A stretch of DNA of 64,000 nucleotides from Patescibacteria group bacterium (GTDB lineage: Bacteria; Patescibacteriota; Patescibacteriia; JBAZBY01), in contig JBAZBY010000001.1 of the NCBI GenBank assembly GCA_041671225.1, positions 238,940-302,939 of the forward strand. The letters run 5' to 3'. The notes below the pieces were generated by a model, which saw only the letters and a program-made list of their open reading frames with translations, searched no databases and had not been told where the DNA came from. Shown one piece after another: positions 31,072 through 41,466 of the stretch (within the stretch, counting starts at the first letter, position 1; each line of letters starts with the position of its first letter). Both the position numbers and the translations under genes were made by a program.

Positions 31072-31950
31072 ATGAATAAGGTCCGCAAAGCAATCATCCC
31101 CGCAGCCGGATACGGCACGCGTTTTCTCCCCGCGACAAAGGCACAACCGAAGGAGATGTTGCCTATTGTTGATAAGCCGATTATTCAATACGTTGTTGAA
31201 GAATGTGTCGCCTCCGGTATTGAAGACATTATTATCGTCGGCGGATGGCACAAGCGTTCTATTGAAGATCACTTTGATGACCCATACGAACTTGAAAAGA
31301 AACTGGAGGAATCCGGAAAAACAAAGGAGCTCAAAATGGTCCGCGACATCGCGCGCATGGCAAACTTTGTCTACGTGCGCCAAAAGGGAGAACACTATGG
31401 CAACGGCGTACCGCTCCTGAATGTGGCGCATCTTGTGGGTGATGAGCCATTCGCGGTGATCTGGGGAGATGAATTTATTCATGCAACTCCTCCACGGCTC
31501 AAACAATGCATCTCCTTCTTCGAAAAGCAAAAAAATATCGGCGGCGTAATCTCCGCTATTCGCGTCAATGATGATGAAGTTTCGCGCTATGGCATTGCCG
31601 AAGGAAAGGAAGTGAAACCTGGACTCATAAAAATAAAGAGCATTATTGAGAAACCGCAGCCACATGAAACACCTTCGCGCCTTGCCGCGCATGGTGCCTA
31701 TGTCTTCACTCCGGAACTCATCGATGAGTTAAAAAAGGTAAAGCCAGGGAAAGGAAACGAAATCTGGCTCGTTGATGCGATTACCGCGCTCGCAAAAAAG
31801 AAAGATGTGTATGCACTGGAAGTAAAAAACGCTACGTATTACGATACAGGTAACAAACTTTCCTTTATCAAAGCAAACATCGCCTTCGGACTTGAACACC
31901 CAGAAACCAAAAAAGGGTTGCGCGAATATCTGAAGGGTCTGAATCTATGA
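31072..31950 (+). CDS. galU: UTP-glucose-1-phosphate uridylyltransferase
   Basis: KAIIPAAGYGTRFLPATKAQPKEMLPIVDKP, EKP, YDTG. Confidence 0.95.
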   Translation: MNKVRKAIIPAAGYGTRFLPATKAQPKEMLPIVDKPIIQYVVEECVASGIEDIIIVGGWHKRSIEDHFDDPYELEKKLEESGKTKELKMVRDIARMANFVYVRQKGEHYGNGVPLLNVAHLVGDEPFAVIWGDEFIHATPPRLKQCISFFEKQKNIGGVISAIRVNDDEVSRYGIAEGKEVKPGLIKIKSIIEKPQPHETPSRLAAHGAYVFTPELIDELKKVKPGKGNEIWLVDAITALAKKKDVYALEVKNATYYDTGNKLSFIKANIAFGLEHPETKKGLREYLKGLNL

Positions 31951-33353
31951 ACAGTCGAAAACTTCTCATCATTGGTATCCTCATCGGGATAATCATCATC
32001 CCATTTATTATTTTTGCCGTTGGTGTGCTGCGGAGACCGCCACAGAGCCTTCCGAGCGTGACGCTATCAGTATGGATGGTTGAAGACGAAGAAGAAGCGC
32101 TTGCGCCAATCATGAATGCATATGCGAATGTGCACCGGAATGTGAAGTTTTCTGTAACCGTCCAACGCGCTGAAACATACAGCCAAGAACTCCGCGATGC
32201 GTGGGCAAAGGGTGCCGGACCGGACATCTTCACTATTCCTGCAACATGGGCAGGCCAGTATGAAGACTTTATAACGCCATTACCGGCGGTCATGCGTGTA
32301 CCGTACTATGAAGACCGTAAGTTCCTCTGGAAGACGGATTCAGTCATTGAGTTCCGCAATGATGCCGGGCTCACGGTACGTAATGTGCAAGAACAATTTG
32401 TTGATGCCGTGGCAAAAATGGTTGTGCGGCAGGAAGAAATCTATGGCTTGCCGCTTGCTATGGACACGCTCGTTCTCTATTACAACAGAGACCTCCTCAA
32501 CAGTGCACAGATCCCAACACCTGCGACAACGTGGCAGGGTCTTGTGAGCCAAATTGAACAAACACAGCAACTTTCTGTCATTGACCAAACCGGTGCGCTT
32601 ATCCAAAGCGCCGTAGCGCTGGGCACCGCAGAAAACATCCCAAACGCAACTGATATCCTTGCGCTCCTCATGATGCAAAATGGAACGCTCATGACAGATG
32701 AAACGGAACGCACGATCACCTTCAACAAGACACTCAGCGAGGGCTTCAGCCCAGGAGCAGAAGCATCACGGTTTTATACGGACTTTGCGCGTATCGGAAA
32801 GTCCGCTTTTTCGTGGAATGATGATCAAGCAAATGCGCTTGATGCATTTATTAATGGTAATCTTGTATACTTCATTGGCTATGGCGCACATGCCGCTGAA
32901 ATTGAAAGGCGAGCTGGTACGCTCAACTGGGGTATGAGTGAAATGCTGCACGTACACGATGATGGAACGGACAACTTCCAACAACGACAACGCTTACAAA
33001 TAAATATGCCGAACTACTGGATGTGGTCTGTGGCAAAACAATCAGAAGAACCGGCACTTGCATGGAGCTTCATCCAATATGCAGCAAACGCAGGGCGCGT
33101 TCCTTCCTATCTTGAAAAAACAGGAAAGATCTCCGCACTTCGCACGGTGCTTGAACAACAGGTGAATGACCCGAATCTTTCTATTCTCGCGCGACAAGCA
33201 CTTTCTGCCCGTCACTGGTATTATGGTGAAAACGCCGTACAAACAGAAACACTCCTTAAAGATTTTATTGATAACATTAATAAGGGAATCGACATACAGA
33301 CCGCACTCACCACAACGGCAAAACAAATACAATTGACCTTTGAGCGTCGATGA
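31947..33353 (+). CDS. Membrane-anchored extracellular solute-binding protein (family 1, sugar type)
   Basis: N-terminal TM segment, GPDIF, IYGLPLAMDTLVLYYNRDL. Confidence 0.85.
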   Translation: MNSRKLLIIGILIGIIIIPFIIFAVGVLRRPPQSLPSVTLSVWMVEDEEEALAPIMNAYANVHRNVKFSVTVQRAETYSQELRDAWAKGAGPDIFTIPATWAGQYEDFITPLPAVMRVPYYEDRKFLWKTDSVIEFRNDAGLTVRNVQEQFVDAVAKMVVRQEEIYGLPLAMDTLVLYYNRDLLNSAQIPTPATTWQGLVSQIEQTQQLSVIDQTGALIQSAVALGTAENIPNATDILALLMMQNGTLMTDETERTITFNKTLSEGFSPGAEASRFYTDFARIGKSAFSWNDDQANALDAFINGNLVYFIGYGAHAAEIERRAGTLNWGMSEMLHVHDDGTDNFQQRQRLQINMPNYWMWSVAKQSEEPALAWSFIQYAANAGRVPSYLEKTGKISALRTVLEQQVNDPNLSILARQALSARHWYYGENAVQTETLLKDFIDNINKGIDIQTALTTTAKQIQLTFERR

Positions 33354-34513
33354 AAAAATATCTACTCATTCTGAGCCTCTTTCTGACACTAGGGATCTTT
33401 GCCCCATCACCTGCCGCTGCGCAGATCCTTCCTGCATGTGACAAAACCATCTACATCGTAGCCCAGGGTGGCTGGGTGCAGGTCACAAAAGGAGCAGAGG
33501 AAATGAATCTCGGGTATTTTACGGGGAAAATCGAACTACCCGCAGTCTACCAACATGTAACGACTCCGGAGCGTTATACTGCGAATCCGCTTTTTTACGA
33601 AACAGAAGCCACAGCAAAAAATCCAAGTGTTACCACAAGCCGTCCATGCGGATTCAATGACTTCGTGCAGCTTTTTGTAAATCTCATTAACTGGGGATTG
33701 TCCATTCTCACGATTGTCGCGCTGTTCTTCTTTATCTGGGGTGGTTTCACGCTCCTGATCTCCGGAGGCAGATCAACGCACATTGAAGAAGGGAAAAAAA
33801 TTCTTGAGGGAACAGTTATTGGTATCCTGGTAGTCCTTACGGCGTACGTTATGGTCAATTTTTATATCTCTGCGCTTATTGGTGATAACACAGCAAGCTT
33901 CCTGGGGACGACGGTCACCAATCCGCTTTCTCCTATTTCATGCGTTAAGACCTTTGAAGAAAAAAACGCGAGAGAAGCCCCGGGAGAAAGTTGTTCATCT
34001 TCAAGCACTTTGGGGTTTGGATGCACAGATGCGGGTAATGATGGACCGGTGCATGAGGCACAGCGCATCTTAAATGAAAAATGCTCAGGCATCTGCGGAA
34101 CAGTGACCGGATGCTACGGCAATGAAACAGCACATTGCGTCCGTATGTTCCAGGCAGCGCAGGGTTTGAACCCAACCGGAAAAATCGACAGTGACACCTG
34201 GATTGCAATTCGCGACGCGAATAAAAAGGATTGCTTCACAGAAAAAACCATAGGGGAACCTCCCCAGCAGCGTACGATAAAAAACTCCTACGACAACCCT
34301 CTTGGGTATCCTGAGTATGAAAATGTATTCCCGCCAAATGTATTGGCCAACAAGCAGTTCGGGGGATGTATGACCGCAACGTCAGGGTATGCCTGTATTC
34401 CGGCACATGGACCAGAAGAATGCCCAACGCAGACATTTTATAGTACCGGCACTCCTGTAACTGTAGAATATGAATATAGTGCCACATCGTGCAGTTGGAT
34501 CCCTGCGCCTTAA
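33350..34513 (+). CDS. Pilin-domain protein fused to a peptidoglycan-binding domain, Cys-rich
   Basis: Signal peptide, pilin-like IWGGFTLLISGG...EEGKKIL...IG, and TAHCVRMFQAAQGLNPTGKIDSDTW. Confidence 0.75.
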   Translation: MKKYLLILSLFLTLGIFAPSPAAAQILPACDKTIYIVAQGGWVQVTKGAEEMNLGYFTGKIELPAVYQHVTTPERYTANPLFYETEATAKNPSVTTSRPCGFNDFVQLFVNLINWGLSILTIVALFFFIWGGFTLLISGGRSTHIEEGKKILEGTVIGILVVLTAYVMVNFYISALIGDNTASFLGTTVTNPLSPISCVKTFEEKNAREAPGESCSSSSTLGFGCTDAGNDGPVHEAQRILNEKCSGICGTVTGCYGNETAHCVRMFQAAQGLNPTGKIDSDTWIAIRDANKKDCFTEKTIGEPPQQRTIKNSYDNPLGYPEYENVFPPNVLANKQFGGCMTATSGYACIPAHGPEECPTQTFYSTGTPVTVEYEYSATSCSWIPAP

Positions 34514-34549
34514 CTTCCTTTTTTTGCACTGACCCATTACACTGTCCCT

Positions 34550-34888
34550 ATGAAATACATCATCGTCATGACACTGCTTCTCATCATACCAATAGCTGTT
34601 TTTGCTCAAAGCGCGCCTTCGCCTACTATTCAAAATCCCATTTCATGTAATGACCTGCTCTGTGTTTTTCTGCAGGTTATTCGTCTTTTTCTTGGAGCGC
34701 TAGCTGCTTTTGCAACTTTTATGTTCACTTATGGGGGGTTTCTCTTCCTTTCATCCGGAGGCAACGAAGAGCGCGTTAAAAAAGGTAAAGATACCCTTGC
34801 ATGGGCGGCCATCGGCATGGTTACCGTTCTTGGCAGTTGGGTCGTCATACGCTTCATTCTAGAAAGTACCACAGGCGCACTGATGTAG
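34550..34888 (+). CDS. VirB2/TrbC-like (CPR) pilin
   Basis: IQNPI, YGGFLFLSSGGNEERVKKGK...AAIG. Confidence 0.85.
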   Translation: MKYIIVMTLLLIIPIAVFAQSAPSPTIQNPISCNDLLCVFLQVIRLFLGALAAFATFMFTYGGFLFLSSGGNEERVKKGKDTLAWAAIGMVTVLGSWVVIRFILESTTGALM

Positions 34889-34952
34889 TTCGTGGACGTA
34901 TTGCATTCAAAAGGTCGCAGCAATGCGGCTTTTTTGTTATATGGAAAGTGAG

Positions 34953-34981
34953 TTGACGAAAGAGTAGGAAATCGGTATGCT
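34953..34981 (+). promoter_or_regulatory. Promoter of the major pilin pair
   Basis: TTGACG-17-TATGCT, downstream of a terminator at 34909-34935. Confidence 0.65.
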
Positions 34982-35046
34982 CAACTGAGGAAGAGGACAT
35001 TTGGGAAATGCCCTTTGTGTCTTAACAAAATTAAGTAAGATATCTT

Positions 35047-35412
35047 ATGAAAAAGCGCAACGTGTTATCCACAGTTGCTCTCGGGGTACTTGCCCTGGCG
35101 CTCGTGCCAACAATGGCATCAGCATCGGCTTTTTCAATTGAAGACATTGGTACTTCAATTGGACTCGGTACGGCTGACCTCAAGGACACCGTGGTCAATA
35201 TCATACAGTGGATTCTCGGAATCCTCGCGCTACTCGCAGTCGTCTTCATTATCTGGGGCGGCTTTAAATGGCTTACCTCGAGTGGTGACGAAACTCGCAT
35301 TGATTCCGCAAAGAAAACCATCTCTGCGGCAGTTATCGGTCTTATCATCATATTGCTCGCATGGGCAATTGTCATCTTCGTTGCCGGCACAACTGCAAAC
35401 GTAACAACGTAG
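35047..35412 (+). CDS. VirB2/TrbC-like (CPR) pilin
   Basis: Signal peptide and IWGGFKWLTSSGDETRIDSAKKTISAAVIG. Confidence 0.9.
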   Translation: MKKRNVLSTVALGVLALALVPTMASASAFSIEDIGTSIGLGTADLKDTVVNIIQWILGILALLAVVFIIWGGFKWLTSSGDETRIDSAKKTISAAVIGLIIILLAWAIVIFVAGTTANVTT

Positions 35413-35450
35413 TCTTGTCGAGCTTTGAACGAAAGGGGGTGAAGGAAATT

Positions 35451-35813
35451 ATGAAGTCACTACAACGAACAGGATTAGTTCTTGGTGTCCTGGCCCTGGC
35501 ACTCGTACCGACAATGGCATCAGCATCGGCATTCTCAATCGAGGATATCGGTACCACCATTGGTCTTGGTACGGCTGACCTCAAGGACACCGTTGTGAAC
35601 ATTATTCAGTGGGTACTCGGTATTCTTGCACTTGTTGCTGTTGTTATGATCATCATTGGTGGATTCCAGTGGATGACCGCGGCTGGTTCTGAAGAGCGCA
35701 TTGAAAAGGCAAAAAAGATTATCTCATCTGCAGTTATTGGTTTGATAATCGTATTGCTCGCATGGGCAATTGTCATCTTTGTTGCTGGTACCACTGCAAA
35801 CGTCACAGTATAG
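35451..35813 (+). CDS. VirB2/TrbC-like (CPR) pilin, close paralog of the previous gene
   Basis: SD AAAGGGGGTGA and IIGGFQWMTAAGSEERIEKAKKIISSAVIG. Confidence 0.9.
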   Translation: MKSLQRTGLVLGVLALALVPTMASASAFSIEDIGTTIGLGTADLKDTVVNIIQWVLGILALVAVVMIIIGGFQWMTAAGSEERIEKAKKIISSAVIGLIIVLLAWAIVIFVAGTTANVTV

Positions 35814-35829
35814 TTTCTGTTACATCTAC

Positions 35830-35860
35830 AAACCCCCCGCATAGCGGGGGGTTTTGTTTT
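35830..35860 (+). terminator. Intrinsic terminator after the pilins
   Basis: AAACCCCCCGC-ATA-GCGGGGGGTTTT. Confidence 0.85.
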
Positions 35861-35893
35861 GAATAAAATACTCCGGTATACTTCCTCGTACAC

Positions 35894-37936
35894 ATGAAGC
35901 AACGTGCTCTACAACTCGAAGCCTGGATTCATTCACTGCCAGATTGGCTGGCGTCCAAAACGCGCATCCTTCTCATCACAATGAGTGTAACAATTTTTGT
36001 GCTGCTCACAGGTGCCGTCATGATGAAATGGATGGCTCTTGACTACCCGGGCCTTGATCTTGCTATCTATAATCAAGTTTTCTGGAACACCGTGCATGGC
36101 GCGCCATTTCATCTCTCTATTCATCCACATCTCTACCTTGGTGACCACATGGAACTCTTCTTGGTACTCCTTGCGCCTTTCTACGCACTCTTTCAACATC
36201 CGATAACATTACTCGTCTTACAAAACATCGCCCTCGCAAGCTCTCTATTCCCCGCATATCTCCTCTTTAAACGACTACTGCCACGCTGGCTTGCTACGCT
36301 ACTCGCGCTTGGCTTTCTTTTGACTCCTTTTCTTTGGAACACAGCACTGTATGAATTCCACGCAGTAAGTTTTGCGCTACCAATTTTGCTTTGGGCGCTC
36401 TTTGCATATGAAACACGACGTTATGTCTGGTTTTTGGTGTTGAGTATGCTCGCAATCACCGTCCGGGAGGATATTGCGCTTATTATCGCTGGCATTGGTA
36501 TTGTTGCGATTATTGAACGGCGCTCAATCCGCTGGTTCTTACCACCAATGCTTCTTGGACTTATTTGGTTCGTGGTTGCCACGCAACTTTCTGGCATTAT
36601 CAATCAATACGGACAATATAAATATCTCGTGTACTACGGGCACCTTGGTGACAGCTTTGGTGCTATTCTTCGCAACGTCTTCACAAACCCCGGGCCGTTC
36701 CTTACGTCACTGTTTGGACCGCAATCGTTGCTTTTTGTTCTTGGTCTTTTTTTGCCTGTATTATACGTCAGTCTTCTGCGGCCAAAATGGCTCATTCCAT
36801 TACTCCCGACATTATTTGCATTTCTGCTTTCAAAGGAAACCGGTGAAATTGTATTGCGTATTCATTATCCGATTGCCATGTTGCCGTTTCTTTTTCTTGC
36901 GCTGCGTGACGTTCTGCGAGCGCTCTTTGATAAGCAGACGCCTGCGGGTCTACTACAAAAACTCCACCCATATCGTGGCCTCATCGTGGTGAGCCTGCTT
37001 GTGACATTTATGTACAGCCTTATTGTGATGTCGCCGGTAGTAGGTCTTGTGCGTGACCTTCCCGCTCAATTACGCAGTGAACGAACGCGTCTTTTTTCCG
37101 TACTGACAAAAAACACACCTGACGGCGGACGCGCAGCGGGGTATTCATTTCTTCCTGTATTGTCATCACATGAAACCGTTGTTGCAATGCATTACGTCTT
37201 TTCTGGCAAGCAACAATTCTCCGCAAAGCCATACGAACCGCCAATCGTCTCGTCAATACTTCTCGACACAAATGACGTGCTCTTCTATCACTCAACAAAT
37301 GATGTTGCGGGTGAAAAATATCAAAACGGCCCTGAACGCATTGCAGCATATGTTGAAAAAAACGATCTGCATGTAGAAAGTGCATATGACGGCGTAGTGC
37401 AATGGACAAAAAGTCCTGAACCAGTCGCCGTGCTAACAGAAAAATACACCGCACTCCCAAAAACAGCAAAAACTGTCCAAGATACGAGTACGGCAACAGG
37501 AATACAGCTCCGCGGTTGGGAAACGCCTTCGGGTTCACTCGTCAGTGAAACACACAACATTCACGAAGAAGTGTTCCATACGCTGCCGCTAACCCTATAC
37601 TGGGAACGGACGGGCGAGGTAAGTGAACAACGTTTCTTTACACTCCAACTCAAAGATGATTCCCGCATTCTCTTGGAACAGCGCTATACCATTGCATACG
37701 GCCTTGAGCCACCCTACACCTGGGAAAAAAGTTCTATCATGGGAACGCGGTGGGTATTTCTGTTACCAAAAACACTCCCAGCAGGGGCAACAATAACAAT
37801 CATTGCAGAAAAACTCGAGAGTGACCTCACGCTCTCTAGTACAAATGGTATTGAAGCATTCATAAAAAACCGAGAAACAAACGCCCCCATCGAACTCGGT
37901 ACACTTCAGATCCCCCCGGCTGCATCCACGGAATAA
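35894..37936 (+). CDS. DUF2079-like membrane protein (GT-C superfamily)
   Basis: DLAIYNQVFWN, GDHMEL, YEFH, REDIAL and HY motifs, many TM segments. Confidence 0.8.
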   Translation: MKQRALQLEAWIHSLPDWLASKTRILLITMSVTIFVLLTGAVMMKWMALDYPGLDLAIYNQVFWNTVHGAPFHLSIHPHLYLGDHMELFLVLLAPFYALFQHPITLLVLQNIALASSLFPAYLLFKRLLPRWLATLLALGFLLTPFLWNTALYEFHAVSFALPILLWALFAYETRRYVWFLVLSMLAITVREDIALIIAGIGIVAIIERRSIRWFLPPMLLGLIWFVVATQLSGIINQYGQYKYLVYYGHLGDSFGAILRNVFTNPGPFLTSLFGPQSLLFVLGLFLPVLYVSLLRPKWLIPLLPTLFAFLLSKETGEIVLRIHYPIAMLPFLFLALRDVLRALFDKQTPAGLLQKLHPYRGLIVVSLLVTFMYSLIVMSPVVGLVRDLPAQLRSERTRLFSVLTKNTPDGGRAAGYSFLPVLSSHETVVAMHYVFSGKQQFSAKPYEPPIVSSILLDTNDVLFYHSTNDVAGEKYQNGPERIAAYVEKNDLHVESAYDGVVQWTKSPEPVAVLTEKYTALPKTAKTVQDTSTATGIQLRGWETPSGSLVSETHNIHEEVFHTLPLTLYWERTGEVSEQRFFTLQLKDDSRILLEQRYTIAYGLEPPYTWEKSSIMGTRWVFLLPKTLPAGATITIIAEKLESDLTLSSTNGIEAFIKNRETNAPIELGTLQIPPAASTE

Positions 37937-39519
37937 ATCCGTGCCGCTGCATTTGCAAAGACCTCAGTAACGCCTGGGGTTGTTTCTGGTATATGTGCGT
38001 AAGAAAACTCCTCAACGCGAAGAATAATCCATTGAATATCTTCCTGTGCAAGAAATGCCGCGCGTATTTCTGGAGTATCTTCATCAAAGAAACGTTTCAC
38101 GCGTACCACCTTCGTATCAAACGAAAGCGTCTCAACCGTATGCCCAATAAACGCGTGGCGACCCGTTTGTGCTGCGACAAAATTACCAGTGAGCGTCCCC
38201 GAAAGGAAACGATCCGTTGGTTCGCTCATATCTCTAAATGCCTCATACGCATCCCTCTCAGTAATGGGTCGATAAAAAATCTGCTCATAATTTGTGCGAC
38301 CGATAATGAGTGAGAGATCCTGTCCAAGCACATACAGCGGGGAGAGACAAAAGAGGATCAGGCCGGCAACCCCCCATGAAATAAAAAGTGTACGCGGGCT
38401 GCGGTTTGGATTGCGTTTTTTCCACCAATCAACGAGCACAATAATTCCTGCAGTTGCAAGCATCGCAAGAGGAATAACAAGACCTTGCGATAGCCTACGA
38501 TTAAAAAAAAGTGGCGCAAACAAGACAGCCATGTGCCCTGCTGCCCACCAAACAATGAACCGATAGCGAAAAGAACGCCGCAACCAATATGCGGCGCCGA
38601 TCACTGCAAGTGGCAAAAGAAGGCCATAACTAAGAAGCGTAGGAATGACAGGGGGAATGAGATTGATATTTTGATCGGCACGCAGTTGGCTGAAGGTATC
38701 GGTAAGGGTTGCGATAATATGATAAGCCGCTGCAGGAGCTGCAATGATAAGTGGCAGCGCTAAAAGGAACAAACGGCGAATGGAAAGTCTCCGCAAGAAA
38801 AACTCTCCCGCAAGAGTCACGATCAAAATAAGACCGAGGGTCGGCACATGAAACGGATGAAACGCAAAAAGAAAAAAAAGGATCACGCCTGAAAAAATTG
38901 AATCCCGCCAGAAACCGCGCTCACATGCGCGAATCATCAGCCATAATGCACCGACAAGAAGACCAGTGCCGATAATGAAGTGTGGGGAATGTAGAATTGA
39001 AAAAAAAGTGAACGCCTCAGAAACCCAAAGATCCATGGGCCTGGTGTAGGGATCAATAAACGCGCTTGGCGCAAAAAGAATGGCAAATGCCCCAACGCCC
39101 GCGCCAAAAACAAGAAGCAGTGTTGCGATACGCTGCCCAACATATTCCTTGAAAAAGTACTGAGCAAACTTCCAAAGTAAAAATACCAATGCCGCACCAC
39201 TCAGTAAACGAAGGATATGAAAGGTCCAAGCCACAGAAAGCTGCAATACGCCGCCAATACGCCCAAGAAACACCCAGAGCGGATTGACGATAATTGCATC
39301 GGTTGTTTCTGTGGTAAAAACATCGCGAAAAAGAAAAGCACCATCATGTGCTTGATTCAAATATCCGTAATACACGTTTATGTCGCCGACCGCAAAGGAA
39401 TGAATGCCGGTAAAATATTCATCGTTTTCCGCCCGCAGCATACCACCAACAAAGGGTGCACTCGCATAGGCCACCACCACAACAAGCAACATAATCAAAA
39501 ACATGCGTTGCGACATCAT
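37906..39519 (-). CDS. Polytopic membrane protein, probable GT-C glycosyltransferase
   Basis: GDINVYY luminal acidic motif, PHF, HPFH, about 13 TM segments and a C-terminal soluble domain. Confidence 0.65.
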   Translation of the reverse strand: MMSQRMFLIMLLVVVVAYASAPFVGGMLRAENDEYFTGIHSFAVGDINVYYGYLNQAHDGAFLFRDVFTTETTDAIIVNPLWVFLGRIGGVLQLSVAWTFHILRLLSGAALVFLLWKFAQYFFKEYVGQRIATLLLVFGAGVGAFAILFAPSAFIDPYTRPMDLWVSEAFTFFSILHSPHFIIGTGLLVGALWLMIRACERGFWRDSIFSGVILFFLFAFHPFHVPTLGLILIVTLAGEFFLRRLSIRRLFLLALPLIIAAPAAAYHIIATLTDTFSQLRADQNINLIPPVIPTLLSYGLLLPLAVIGAAYWLRRSFRYRFIVWWAAGHMAVLFAPLFFNRRLSQGLVIPLAMLATAGIIVLVDWWKKRNPNRSPRTLFISWGVAGLILFCLSPLYVLGQDLSLIIGRTNYEQIFYRPITERDAYEAFRDMSEPTDRFLSGTLTGNFVAAQTGRHAFIGHTVETLSFDTKVVRVKRFFDEDTPEIRAAFLAQEDIQWIILRVEEFSYAHIPETTPGVTEVFANAAARIYSVDAAGGI

Positions 39520-40202
39520 CGTCTCCTAAAAAATAACTCCATCAACATGCGCCCATATTCAGTGGCAATCGTGCCAGAGATTTTGCTCTTGCCATGTTCA
39601 CGATCATGAAAAACAAATCCAATCTCGCGTGTTGTGAGGGGTCTCGCGCGCACTAATATTTCTAAAAGTATCTTATACCCGCGAGGCCTTAATCTTGAAT
39701 GTACTCTTTCAAAAACCTCTCGCCGAAGCCCAAAATATCCGCTCATGGGATCCTTTTCTTTCACATTCAGGAGTATTTTTGCTACCCATGTCGCAAATGT
39801 ACTCATCATCTGTCGTCTCAGTGGCCAACCTATCACGCCACCTTCTTCTATATACCGCGAACCAATAACAACATCCACGCCGGCGCGCAACTGAATGAGC
39901 ATGGCTGGAAGAATAGCAGTGTCATGTGACAGATCCGCATCCATAACAATACAATAGGTGCCGCGCGCCTCAGACAATCCACGAATGACCGCGGTTGCAA
40001 GACCCATTTTTTTTGGCCTGCGAATAACTCGAACCGAATGTTTGCCGTTGTATGTTTCAGCAGCCTCTGGAGTGCCATCGGTCGACGCATCATCAACGAG
40101 CACTATCTCAATATCTCCCTCAATGGCATCAAGCATACCAAGAAGTGTGGTGATATTCTGGTATTCATTCAGTGTGGGGAGGATGATGCTTACTTCAGGC
40201 AT
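39516..40202 (-). CDS. Polyprenol-phosphate-mannose synthase-like GT2
   Basis: SIILPTLNE, VDDASTDGT, VMDADLSHD, GSRY, DPMSGYF, GYKILLE, DREHGKSK. Confidence 0.9.
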   Translation of the reverse strand: MPEVSIILPTLNEYQNITTLLGMLDAIEGDIEIVLVDDASTDGTPEAAETYNGKHSVRVIRRPKKMGLATAVIRGLSEARGTYCIVMDADLSHDTAILPAMLIQLRAGVDVVIGSRYIEEGGVIGWPLRRQMMSTFATWVAKILLNVKEKDPMSGYFGLRREVFERVHSRLRPRGYKILLEILVRARPLTTREIGFVFHDREHGKSKISGTIATEYGRMLMELFFRRR

Positions 40203-41466
40203 GTGATTGTACGGATTCTTTCTCATAATAGAGAATGTACCCAACAATAACCATCTGCAAAAGAAAAGCAAGATGGCTATCATTAAAATACCGCGCCATA
40301 ACCCAGATAAACGCAGTAAACACCGTTGAAAGTGACACCAACATCCATGCGCTTGAATGCTTTCGAATCACAAAGATCATTGCCACAAACAGTGGGAGTG
40401 CAACCGCTGCCTGAAGCAACCAAAAAGGATACACGTCCCGATCTCCCGCAATGATGCCCATTTCTAACAACACACGAGAAATGCCTACGCCGCTTATGGG
40501 GTACCCCGCCAGACCGCCCGCGGATGGAAAACGAAGAAGGTCATCAATGAGCGCACCCGCATTTATGAAAAGAAATGATCCATACAGAAGCAGCGGAGAG
40601 ATAAGAAACGCTGCGAGTGCCTTGCAAAGAAAACGCCGATGAAAAAAGAATAGCGCAATAAGAAATGCAGGCACAAACAACACCGCAGATTGTTTGACCG
40701 TCACTGCAATACCAAGGAGAAAGAACGCCAGAACGATCCTCTTTTGATTCCAAAACACTGCCGCCCCGGTGAGTGCTGCTACAACGGCAATATCATTATA
40801 CCCAGAAATATAGAACCAGAGAAAAACGGGGTTCAACCCAAAAAGAATCCATGCGCGTGCGCGATTCGCTTTTCGCACCCCGTAGGAAAGAATACCCAAT
40901 GCAGCGGCAAAAAAGAACAGCTGCGCTATGCGCTGATCATAAAAAATATGCATCGTGCGCGCATACGCCGCAAATGGCAAAGAAGCAATGAGATACCCGG
41001 GTGGGTAGACATAATGCTCCCACGCGGGGTTTGGTAATGCTCCTTGTGAAAAAAAGTCACCATGCCGTCCAAAAGGAGTTTCTTGATAATTGGCACTATA
41101 CGGATTCTCTCCATCCAAAAGAAATGTCAGCGCCGCCTCTGTTTGTACTGCACCGTCGTGCGTGCCGGCTGCAGGATCCCCCGCAGCAATACGAAGCCAT
41201 GTCTGCTGAAAAACCGCCATAACCGGTATGGCAAGAATCAACATCAAGACAAACAATAACCTGGAGTGTGTGTGTGTTGATGCTGAAGGCATGCGCCGCT
41301 CTCGCGTCTCCCACAGTAACCACGCCACCAAAATCACCGCCGCAGGCAAAAACACGAGCCAGTCCATGGTGGATAGCTTAATAAGATATTCCGCAGGCGC
41401 GAGAATCGAAAAAATAAAAAAACTCCCGCCACTCACTGCGGCAAGCGGCAAGAGAAACCGATTCAT
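40195..41466 (-). CDS. GT87-like membrane glycosyltransferase
   Basis: HDG, GENPY, YVYPP, GYND and KQ motifs. Confidence 0.75.
   Translation of the reverse strand: MNRFLLPLAAVSGGSFFIFSILAPAEYLIKLSTMDWLVFLPAAVILVAWLLWETRERRMPSASTHTHSRLLFVLMLILAIPVMAVFQQTWLRIAAGDPAAGTHDGAVQTEAALTFLLDGENPYSANYQETPFGRHGDFFSQGALPNPAWEHYVYPPGYLIASLPFAAYARTMHIFYDQRIAQLFFFAAALGILSYGVRKANRARAWILFGLNPVFLWFYISGYNDIAVVAALTGAAVFWNQKRIVLAFFLLGIAVTVKQSAVLFVPAFLIALFFFHRRFLCKALAAFLISPLLLYGSFLFINAGALIDDLLRFPSAGGLAGYPISGVGISRVLLEMGIIAGDRDVYPFWLLQAAVALPLFVAMIFVIRKHSSAWMLVSLSTVFTAFIWVMARYFNDSHLAFLLQMVIVGYILYYEKESVQSHA

Noticed and set aside
35047-35813. Repeated DNA that could suggest DGR template/variable repeats or a CRISPR array
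   Set aside because: The similarity is explained by two intact paralogous pilin genes. There is no reverse transcriptase, cas gene or regularly spaced repeat in the window.
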